NCBI GenBank assembly: GCA_024256285.1
Contig: JACGUG010000001.1
Location: forward strand, 17,191 to 81,190
DNA: 64,000 nt
Direction of reading: 5' to 3'
DNA from: an archaeon
GTDB taxonomy: Archaea; Thermoproteota; Nitrososphaeria; Nitrososphaerales; JACAEJ01
Each line of letters starts with the position of its first letter. Positions within the stretch are counted from its first letter, which is position 1. A program made the position numbers and the translations under genes. Of this stretch, positions 56,439 to 63,227 are shown piece after piece. The notes under the pieces were generated by a model. It saw only the letters and a list, made by a program, of their open reading frames with translations, had not been told where the DNA came from and did not search any database.

Positions 56439-56906
56439 TTAGATCATCTTCCCAACAATGGAGATAAGTTCAGGATTTTCGCCCAGAATTCCTCCTTGAG
56501 TGTACAGACGCCTAGTTGAGCGCTTGAAACCCCCTCTAGGTGGCGATAGGGCAAAAAAAGAGTTCATCCCCTCGATCTCCTTCAAAGCAGTCTTTCCTAC
56601 ATCTATGGATCTTGCCATATCGCTAAAGCCTTTAAACCCCCATCCCTTGATATCCTTTAAAGTCAAAGGCTTCCATCCCCCCTTCCGCCCCCTCTTTTTT
56701 ATCAATTTTGAGATGAGAGATGCATCCACGGGGCACCATGCAACGCATTCCTTAGAGGAGATCAGCATTCCTCTGTAGTCTGGTGTATCCAGAACGATCG
56801 TTGCCCTAAATCTCTTTGTCAGATGAAGTTGATCAAGAGTCCTCCTTACAGGCTCTCGAACATTGATAGTTCCACGAAGCCTGACAACCAAAAGGTTCTT
56901 GCTCAA
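56439..56906 (-). CDS. rpl30: 50S ribosomal protein L30 (uL30)
   Basis: LLVVRLRGTINVREPVRRTLDQLHLTKRF. Confidence 0.9.
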   Translation of the reverse strand: MSKNLLVVRLRGTINVREPVRRTLDQLHLTKRFRATIVLDTPDYRGMLISSKECVAWCPVDASLISKLIKKRGRKGGWKPLTLKDIKGWGFKGFSDMARSIDVGKTALKEIEGMNSFFALSPPRGGFKRSTRRLYTQGGILGENPELISIVGKMI

Positions 56907-56910
56907 AGCT

Positions 56911-57549
56911 TCACCTTAACCCAACATTCAGACTATGAATTTTCTTCAAGGCATCGTATACTGCATATGCTACAGATGATATGGTACTTGTAGAGCCGTA
57001 GGTTCTTGTCCAAGCGTCCTTTATCCCAGCAAGAGATAGTAAAATCCTGATCTTTTCTCCAGCCACAAGTCCAAGCCCCTTTGGGCCGGGGATTATGACT
57101 ATTTTGACACTCCCACATTTGCCTGTAGTCTTTAAGGGGATCGAATGGAGGCCCATGCATCTACACTCCCAACTACCACAACCCAGTTTTACGGGAATTA
57201 TGTTCAAGAGAGAGTCGTTGGTTGCCTTCTCTATAGCTACTCTCATCTGGTTGGCCTTCCCTCTACCCACGCCAAACCAACCATCTTCATTCCCTACAGC
57301 CACTATGGCGATAAATCTAGTTTGCTCACCTGCATCTGTCTGCCTTTGAACTATCCCCGCCCCAATCACATTCGTTTTTAGGTCTGGCAAGAGCGTCTTG
57401 ACGATATCTGGCTCCTTGATCTTCATACCACTCTCGAATATCTCTTCTAATGAAGTGATCTTCCCTGTTGCTACAAGAGACCCCAATCTAGTTCTGGGCG
57501 TCCAAGGTTCTTGTATTATTTGTCTACTTTCTCTACGTTGTTTCCTCAT
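56911..57549 (-). CDS. rps5: 30S ribosomal protein S5 (uS5)
   Basis: ...FIAIVAVGNEDGWFGVGRGKA...IIPGPKGLGLVAG. Confidence 0.95.
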   Translation of the reverse strand: MRKQRRESRQIIQEPWTPRTRLGSLVATGKITSLEEIFESGMKIKEPDIVKTLLPDLKTNVIGAGIVQRQTDAGEQTRFIAIVAVGNEDGWFGVGRGKANQMRVAIEKATNDSLLNIIPVKLGCGSWECRCMGLHSIPLKTTGKCGSVKIVIIPGPKGLGLVAGEKIRILLSLAGIKDAWTRTYGSTSTISSVAYAVYDALKKIHSLNVGLR

Positions 57550-58139
57550 GCTTTCTTCACCTCAAAGCTTTCAATTATTTTTTTACGAATCTCTTCGAAG
57601 TGCTCTAGAAGAGACTCTGGGTTAAGACCTTTGTCGATCATGTCTGAAAACCTTTCCTTATAAAGAGTCTTATCACTTTCCGATAGATGCTTGGCATAGT
57701 TCATGATATGCTTCCCTTTGAGCCTATCTTCCGATGGTAAGGCCTCTTCGTCTATAGGGATCGATACACCTGCATCCAATAGCCCTTTAGCCACAGCCGT
57801 GATACGAGAGTCATATATGAAATGTCTCAAACCTATGTATAAAACTGCCCTATCCACCTTGCCCTTCGCTTTGAGGCCAGTCAATAGACCTGTAAGGTAT
57901 GCTGCTGGAATGTTCTTTCTTGAAGCTAACCATCCAAACTTTATCAGCTCTCTTGAATGGGCTGATGCTAAAGATAGATCGCCTTCTTTTTGAGGCGATG
58001 ATATCTGAACCAGAATGTTCTTTCTACTTATAAAGATAGAAACGAAAGGTAATTTGCTTATGATTGCAGCTTTCCTCTTTCTATAATTTGTCTTTCCCTC
58101 TCGCCTTCTGCGCATGATCGATACATAGCGACTACACAC
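57546..58139 (-). CDS. rpl18: 50S ribosomal protein L18 (uL18)
   Basis: RRRREGKTNYRKR...NIPAAYLTGLL. Confidence 0.9.
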   Translation of the reverse strand: MCSRYVSIMRRRREGKTNYRKRKAAIISKLPFVSIFISRKNILVQISSPQKEGDLSLASAHSRELIKFGWLASRKNIPAAYLTGLLTGLKAKGKVDRAVLYIGLRHFIYDSRITAVAKGLLDAGVSIPIDEEALPSEDRLKGKHIMNYAKHLSESDKTLYKERFSDMIDKGLNPESLLEHFEEIRKKIIESFEVKKA

Positions 58140-58143
58140 GATC

Positions 58144-58587
58144 TCATCTCCTCCGACTCATTAAACTTATCTGCTCCTCAAGATGTCTGACCGACTTGAT
58201 CTGACCACCTTTTATCTGTAGATAAAGCTTGTCGAATACTTCGCCTGTTATATCTCCTCTCTCTCTGGCTTTCTTCAAACGATTTCTTATAGCCCGTACT
58301 TTTGTAACCCATGATCTTTTCTTTGGGGTTCTAGCGCCAGAAGCGCCTTTCTTTGAGCCACTACCTCTTCCACGCTTCTTCTTTGAAGCTCTTCTCGTTC
58401 TGGTACGACCACGAGAAATGCCTTTGACAGGCTCAACCCAGATCGCACCTTCCCTGATGAGGGCTCTTATATCGTCCTTGGTAATGGCATCCACTACACG
58501 CTCGAGATTTCCAGGGTCTATCCTAACCTTGTTCATCCCTACCTTGAGGACCTTTGCAGCCATCACCTTCTTATTACTCAAGTTCAA
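58144..58587 (-). CDS. rpl19e: 50S ribosomal protein L19e
   Basis: KKVMAAKVLKVGMNKVRIDP...ISRGRTRTRR. TTG start. Confidence 0.9.
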   Translation of the reverse strand: MNLSNKKVMAAKVLKVGMNKVRIDPGNLERVVDAITKDDIRALIREGAIWVEPVKGISRGRTRTRRASKKKRGRGSGSKKGASGARTPKKRSWVTKVRAIRNRLKKARERGDITGEVFDKLYLQIKGGQIKSVRHLEEQISLMSRRR

Positions 58588-58608
58588 CTTTATCGATTCT
58601 CTTCTAGC

Positions 58609-58615
58609 AATTTAT
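58609..58615 (-). promoter_or_regulatory. TATA-like box for a re-initiated L19e-...-cmk transcript
   Basis: The minus strand reads ATAAATT 22-28 nt upstream of the rpl19e TTG start. The spacing suits a leaderless archaeal promoter. Confidence 0.3.
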
Positions 58616-58667
58616 CGAGCCAAGGCCCGCTCTACTTTCCCAATAGTTACACTCCCTTAAATCTTTC

Positions 58668-58693
58668 TTAAGATAGACTTTTAAGATAGACTT
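58668..58693. repeat. perfect 13-bp tandem duplication (ttaagatagactt x2)
   Basis: Read directly at the left edge of the island. Confidence 0.85.
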
Positions 58694-58807
58694 GGTCTGG
58701 GTTGGAATTTCTACCCACCGTCTTTTTTAAACTTTCGATCTTAAAAGTATGGATTTATGTTTTATCAGCGAGTCAGAACTCCAAAATCACTATTTTATCG
58801 ACATCTG

Positions 58808-59066
58808 TTAACTTACGGCGCTTGTCCCCGTTCGTATTATCGGGATTATATGAAGGTATATTGGCGAAGTCTCCAAGACTCTTTTTTGGCTTATGTCGAA
58901 TACCTTCCCTATCTCTTCCTGAGTGCGCCCTTCTGAAGATAATTCGTCATCTGATGACGAATTGACGAATCCATTTTTTGCCCATGGTTATGCGCTCTAC
59001 TTCACGATCACGCTCAGATCCACGTTTGAGATCCTTACCGGTACGAATTTTGGCGCTAGAAGACAA
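58808..59066 (-). pseudogene. fragmented helix-turn-helix gene (resolvase/transposase-type HTH) split over two frames
   Basis: Frame 1 (59066-58947): MSSSAKIRTGKDLKRGSERDREVERITMGKKWIRQFVIR*. Frame 2 (58987-58808): ...SSSDDELSSEGRTQEEIGKVFDISQKRVLETS...*. The EGRTQEEIGKVFDISQKRV part is a classic HTH. Confidence 0.35.
58941..58963. repeat. 23-bp perfect palindrome AATTCGTCATC-T-GATGACGAATT
   Basis: Read directly. It is followed by a third GACGAAT copy at 58964-58970 and lies at the frame break of the HTH remnant. Confidence 0.85.
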
Positions 59067-59134
59067 GACTAGCGAATGGGAAGATGCAAACTAAATACAT
59101 ATTAAACAACACAATAATCCCCTTTTGACTTGAC

Positions 59135-59443
59135 TTGAAGTTCTTGGTAAAATGGCGTATAAAACCGATTTCTCCAGAAACGATGAAGGCAGTACTAGAT
59201 TTGGTGCCAGATCAGATCAAATACGCAAAAGCTCTTAAAGAAAAGGGCAAAATCGTTGCTGAATATATAATTGGGAAAAATGAAGGATTTGGAATCCTTG
59301 ATGTAGAATCACAAGAAGAACTCAATGAGATCTTGGCAAAGACTCCATCAAGTTCGATAGTAAGCCATGAGGTGATTCCACTCATAGATTTCGAACAATC
59401 CCTAGAGGTCTGGAAAGAACTTATAGAAAAGGCTGTAAAATAG
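59135..59443 (+). CDS. muconolactone isomerase-like / DUF3303-like ferredoxin-fold protein
   Basis: MKFLVKWRIKP...KEKGKIVAEYIIGKNEGFGILDVESQEELNEILAKTP...HEVIPL parallels muconolactone delta-isomerase (..G.w..lwri.G....ifDVes.dELh.lL..lPl.p....v.PL). TTG start. Confidence 0.55.
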   Translation: MKFLVKWRIKPISPETMKAVLDLVPDQIKYAKALKEKGKIVAEYIIGKNEGFGILDVESQEELNEILAKTPSSSIVSHEVIPLIDFEQSLEVWKELIEKAVK

Positions 59444-59472
59444 CTCGTTTTTTGGGAATATTATCCGATAAT

Positions 59473-59766
59473 TCATGAGAGCTTTTCTACGAAGGCAAGA
59501 AACTCCTCAAGGGCAGATACAGGATCGACGGTCACTTTTCCATATTTAGAGAGAGCCACCATTATCTTACGAAGTTCTACATGTGGATCTTCCACATTCA
59601 CTACAAAGAATGCATACCTTCTCACAGTGGAGAAATATATGGCTTCGGGCTTGGCCTGTTCTACAAGTTCTCTGATATCTCTCTTCACCTCTTCAGGGTT
59701 CTCAAACAGTTTTGCCTCAACTTCAGTGGGCGTCTCTAAACCTATTACATACTTCAACTTGTCCAC
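59473..59766 (-). CDS. hypothetical alpha/beta protein
   Basis: 97-aa ORF convergent with the previous gene. No family recognised. Confidence 0.45.
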   Translation of the reverse strand: MDKLKYVIGLETPTEVEAKLFENPEEVKRDIRELVEQAKPEAIYFSTVRRYAFFVVNVEDPHVELRKIMVALSKYGKVTVDPVSALEEFLAFVEKLS

Positions 59767-59958
59767 CTCTATAATCGATAATAATTTTGAGTATTAATTT
59801 TTTCTTGCTAAATCTATTCCAATTAGAATATTTATGTTTTGGCAGTAGCAGATCACAGGTCCTTATCATGCCTGAATATCCACTTCTTTATCAGACCTTC
59901 AAAGCCCCTCATTATCAGAAGTGCCGAAGACAAGGCGAGCAGGTCTGGAAAATTGCAA

Positions 59959-60045
59959 TTATGACATCGCCCCGCCGACGAGCGTTATGACGGTTAGGCC
60001 GATGAGGATGCCAAGCCAGAACTCTTGGATGAGTTGTTTCTTCAT
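59959..60045 (-). CDS. possible 28-aa hydrophobic peptide
   Basis: Manual translation: MKKQLIQEFWLGILIGLTVITLVGGAMS*, a single TM helix. The ATG overlaps the end of the upstream small basic ORF. Confidence 0.25.
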   Translation of the reverse strand: MKKQLIQEFWLGILIGLTVITLVGGAMS

Positions 60046-60197
60046 CCAGCATTTACGGTCTCACCTTCTCCCAGGCTTCCTGCAAAGCTTCTTCTCTGCT
60101 CTTGACCAGCTTGCTGGCACGCTTCATGATCCTTGAGAGCTTCCCTGGTTTTCTTCCTAGGTCTACCCTTCTTCTTTGTCTTCCTTTTCTTCGGCAT
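60042..60197 (-). CDS. possible small basic AT-hook-like protein (51 aa as read; alternative C-terminus in another frame)
   Basis: MPKKRKTKKKGRPRKKTREALKDHEACQQ... has a GRP AT-hook core. From 60127 a second frame reads MKRASKLVKSREEALQEAWEKVRP*, which looks more protein-like, so a 1-nt indel is possible. Confidence 0.3.
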   Translation of the reverse strand: MPKKRKTKKKGRPRKKTREALKDHEACQQAGQEQRRSFAGSLGEGETVNAG

Positions 60198-60561
60198 CTA
60201 ACCTCTAAGTATAAAAGTGCAGAAAATCACCTTACTTCATGATTGAGCACTAACCATCAAAGATGCATTTTTTATTGATGAGTGGAAAGGAGTGCCCTGA
60301 CTTCTGAGGGCTGGGTGGAACCGGATATGAAAGCTCCAAAGATTATCCTCGCTCTTCCCCACTGGCGTGTTGGTTTTCGGTGACTTGGCGCCGGGCGCCC
60401 TACAGAGATCGATAAAGAGCAGGTGTTGGTTACTTCGGGAAGCGCATTAATACTTATGAACAATTCGTACTAAAGATCATGTACATATAACCATTCTAGA
60501 ACCATTCTATAAGTAATATGTCTATATATTTAGACTCTTCCTTTACATTTGAGGTTAGAGC

Positions 60562-60870
60562 ATGAATAGAACAAGTATTGATCTGATAGCTGTCGATTAT
60601 CCCGCCCCGTTCTCCACATCACTAGCTTTGGAGATACCAACAGTAGATCCAGAAGAGAAGGTTGTGGAGCCCACAACAGAAAAAAAGGGAATAACAACTA
60701 CGAGTATGCTTCTGTATCAACAGGCTAGTATCAGAGTAGAAAGAGAAGATGATGATGAACCACCTCAATTCTATTCAGTAAGATGGTGGATTAGATGCCA
60801 ATCTTCTGAACTTCACCGTCCTATCGACTGGTGCCACAACAGGAAGTTAGCCATACCAAATTATGATTGA
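60562..60870 (+). CDS. hypothetical protein
   Basis: 102-aa ORF in the island. No family recognised. Confidence 0.35.
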   Translation: MNRTSIDLIAVDYPAPFSTSLALEIPTVDPEEKVVEPTTEKKGITTTSMLLYQQASIRVEREDDDEPPQFYSVRWWIRCQSSELHRPIDWCHNRKLAIPNYD

Positions 60871-60984
60871 CTCGAAAAAAGATATCGCTGTCGACAAAAG
60901 GCTCGGGAGACGGTGAAGAATTGATGGGTGAAGGCGAAAAGAAGTAAACTCAACCATCTCCTTATTTTTGGATCGAAAGAGATG

Positions 60985-61014
60985 TTAGTTACTCCAAGAA
61001 GCGTTTAACTTAAC
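60985..61014. repeat. sequence related to the right end of the 20734-21175 element
   Basis: ttagttactcc-N9-ttaacttaac here versus ttagttactac-N12-ttaacttaac at 21139-21170. Confidence 0.4.
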
Positions 61015-61038
61015 TTAATTTACGGGAGGCGAGGCAAA

Positions 61039-61773
61039 ATGTTTAACTTGACTGCCCCTCGAGCTCTTCTTATGGTAATTGTAAGTTTAAGCGAGGTGCT
61101 CCTCATCGTCGATCTGGTTCTGTTGGTCGTGACAATCTACCTCCTACGCACCAGTACCAAGGAGGCGAGAGGAAGGTCACATCTAATAGACCAACTCATA
61201 CAGGCCACGAGGACCTTCAGTAGGGCCGAGTATTTCACCGAGGTTCAAGAGGCGGTTGGTGAGTCCACCAGCTACATCTACGCAACCGTAACTGGAACTC
61301 CCCCAAAGGAAGATGAGCATGAGACCATCGAGAGGCTTCTTAGACAGTTCGCTAGGGCCTCGAAGGCAGGTGTCAGGCTGAGATTTATCCTTCCAAAGGA
61401 CCCGGGGCGTCTTATGATGGGGCACAGGTATAAGAGCGGAGGAAGTGATGTCATGTACAACTCTTCTATTCTGGTTAGCGACCTGAGGTATATGGTAGTG
61501 GACGGTCGTGTGACCGTCCTAGGCTTTCCAGAAAGGAGCGGAGCGGAGGAGCCTACTCGCAAGGGCTACAAGATATACTCGGAGGGAGTCTCTCTCATGT
61601 TCAAGGAGAGGTTCGAGAGCCTCTGGGAGAGTCCTTCGTCGATAGACTATGACTCGTATCTTGAGAATACTATGAAAGAGGCGGCCGCTAACACGCCTGG
61701 GATTTCGGATGAGCTCCTAGCTTCCCTTTTAAGGCTACCCATAGAAGAGATTAGAAGGGGCAAATGTCGATAA
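61039..61773 (+). CDS. membrane-anchored protein with degenerate PLD/TrmB-C-like domain
   Basis: N-terminal TM helix, then ...GVRLRFILP... and SDLRYMVVDGRVTVLGF, where the HxKxxxxD motif appears as DxRxxxxD. GC looks noticeably higher than the flanks. Confidence 0.5.
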   Translation: MFNLTAPRALLMVIVSLSEVLLIVDLVLLVVTIYLLRTSTKEARGRSHLIDQLIQATRTFSRAEYFTEVQEAVGESTSYIYATVTGTPPKEDEHETIERLLRQFARASKAGVRLRFILPKDPGRLMMGHRYKSGGSDVMYNSSILVSDLRYMVVDGRVTVLGFPERSGAEEPTRKGYKIYSEGVSLMFKERFESLWESPSSIDYDSYLENTMKEAAANTPGISDELLASLLRLPIEEIRRGKCR

Positions 61774-61811
61774 ATCCTGTATAATAATGTGTCAAGCGTA
61801 GAATTTGATAA

Positions 61812-62017
61812 ATGAAGAAGGTTGAACAGATCGAGTACTATAACTTCAACGAATACTAGACTGTCCAGAGTACAAATGCTCTAAATGTGGTGAGACGATT
61901 CCAGCAAACAACAAAAGGATTCCGATTAACAAGGACATTAGGTCATCGAATAACTCCCCCGCAACTATGAACGCTACTACGAACGCGCACCATATTCAAA
62001 GGGGCAAGACTCTATAA
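61812..62017 (+). pseudogene. small Zn-ribbon-like gene split by a frame change
   Basis: Frame 1: MKKVEQIEYYNFNEY-TAG(61857). The overlapping frame, open from 61844, reads LQRILDCPEYKCSKCGETIPANNKRIPINKD...GKTL*. Confidence 0.3.
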
Positions 62018-62079
62018 TTCATCGGTAAAGGAAGACATAATTTCCGGGGTTTCGATCTCAACTGGTTCGGGTGAACTGG

Positions 62080-62340
62080 TTACTTCTTGGCTGATTGGTT
62101 CATGATCCTTTGATTCCTGACTGAAGAAGAACTATCAGTTGCTTCTGAAGGTTGGCTGTTCAATAGCGAAATGCCTTCTTGATTTACCGATAGGGATAGC
62201 CTCTGCTTCCCAACCAGTTCCTTGATCGACTCGGCGTACTTGGGCTTGTCCTTGATCCCCTGTTCTTTGAACAGCTGGTTGTAGCCCGTATCACCTTTAG
62301 CGTTCAACACTCTGAGAATGTCAAGATCAAACTTGTCCAT
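62080..62340 (-). CDS. winged-helix DNA-binding protein
   Basis: MDKFDLDILRVLNAKGDTGYNQLFKEQGI... ATG 62340 is preferred over the upstream TTG of the track ORF. Confidence 0.5.
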   Translation of the reverse strand: MDKFDLDILRVLNAKGDTGYNQLFKEQGIKDKPKYAESIKELVGKQRLSLSVNQEGISLLNSQPSEATDSSSSVRNQRIMNQSAKK

Positions 62341-62673
62341 GTTAATTCCATAAGAAAAACCAACTGGTTGGTAGGGCTGAAAAGGCAACTAGCAGAAGGG
62401 GGCGAATACCATAGATTTATTTTAATTGAATGGCAAATAGGAGTGCCCACCGAGATTCGAGTCTATTTTGTCATAAAAATGGACTCAATTAAAATAACAA
62501 TAGTTTGGAGTGGGGATAGATAAATTAAATAAATATTTAGAAAATTTTCTCTATAATCTCTGAATTTGTGAAATTAAGCCGAATATCTTTAATAAAAAAT
62601 CATGGCGGAATGACGTTATATGCCTCCCGCCAGATCTCTTCGACATCTCACAAGTATGCTTCCCATCAGAAGC

Positions 62674-62870
62674 TTACTCAGACTTCTCTTCCTTTTCTAC
62701 GGTTTCGACTATCTGGCCGTTGGCATATCTGTTTCCTACTTGTACGATCTTGATTCTTGTTCGCTGTCCAGCTTTGGCTTGGGGGACGAAGATTACAAAT
62801 CCTTCAACTCTCGCTATCCCGTCGCCACGTCTGCTGAGCCACTACCGCGTCCGTAACTCGTATTTTTCAA
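62674..62870 (-). pseudogene. TRAM-domain gene, N-terminally truncated and frame-shifted
   Basis: Open frame 62841-62677: WLSRRGDGIARVEGFVIFVPQAKAGQRTRIKIVQVGNRYANGQIVETVEKEEKSE*, the canonical TRAM core GDGIARVEGFVIFVP. It is preceded by an in-frame TAG (62844-62842). The TTG start with an AAGGAG upstream (62870) is in another frame (MKNTSYGRGSGSADVATG*). The usual first beta-strands (PV..G.eYev.I) are missing. Confidence 0.6.
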
Positions 62871-62936
62871 CTCCTTGCGTTTAGTTACGCTGAATAAGAT
62901 TAGAAACCCTCATATATATCTATATCCTTGTAGGCA

Positions 62937-63047
62937 TGGCGCATATGGGTTCATTAGAGAACGTCTGGTCTAGGATGGTGCAGCCCATAAGAGGGGTGAG
63001 GTTTGAACCCACGAAGCCTGCACGCTTATGTAGGAGGTGGGGCGCCA
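62937..63047. ncRNA. candidate structured RNA / tRNA-like fragment
   Basis: GC-rich, ORF-free. TGGCGC (62937-42) pairs with GCGCCA (63042-47), and TGGGTTCA (62946-53) pairs with TGAACCCA (63004-11). On the minus strand, GTGGG-TTCAAAC-CTCAC (63012-62996) looks like a tRNA T-arm, but no acceptor or anticodon arm could be built. Confidence 0.3.
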
Positions 63048-63227
63048 GACCTTTGGTTTATGTAGTGATGAAATCCTTCAAACACCTTCTCATCAGTCGA
63101 CAATGAAGATGTGTTATCCAAAAACTATTCATCACTTTCATCACATTCTCACACCAATTTGGTTCTTTAAATAATATTATTTATTTAATATAACTGCCTG
63201 TAGAGCGACCTAAATAATGCTTTCTTT

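Larger units (their letters stand above)
58588..63227. other. ~4.6 kb accessory insertion between rpl19e and rpl32e (gene-fragment island)
   Basis: L32e and L19e are normally adjacent in archaeal spc-like operons. This interval has low coding density and mixed strands. Parts of it (about 60280-60470 and 61040-61780) look visibly more GC-rich, and several ORFs are fragmented. Confidence 0.6.

Noticed and set aside
62417-62492. 10-bp inverted repeat TTTTAATTGA/TCAATTAAAA flanking a 56-nt segment containing GAGATTCGAGTC (T-loop-like).
   Set aside because: The arms are AT-only and short enough to occur by chance in this AT-rich spacer. No tRNA-like cloverleaf could be built.
62990-63020. A complete tRNA gene around the GTGGG-TTCAAAC-CTCAC hairpin.
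   Set aside because: On either strand I could not find a 5' acceptor strand complementary to CCCTCTT, a D-arm, or a 7-nt anticodon loop with U33. Only a T-arm-like fragment is supportable.
63064-63146. C/D-box sRNA. GTGATGA boxes occur on both strands, with terminal complementarity GTGATGAAA/TTTCATCAC and an imperfect long palindrome centred on GTCGAC.
   Set aside because: No properly spaced CTGA D or D' boxes and no 10-12 nt guide spacing. It may simply be an imperfect hairpin or terminator downstream of rpl32e.
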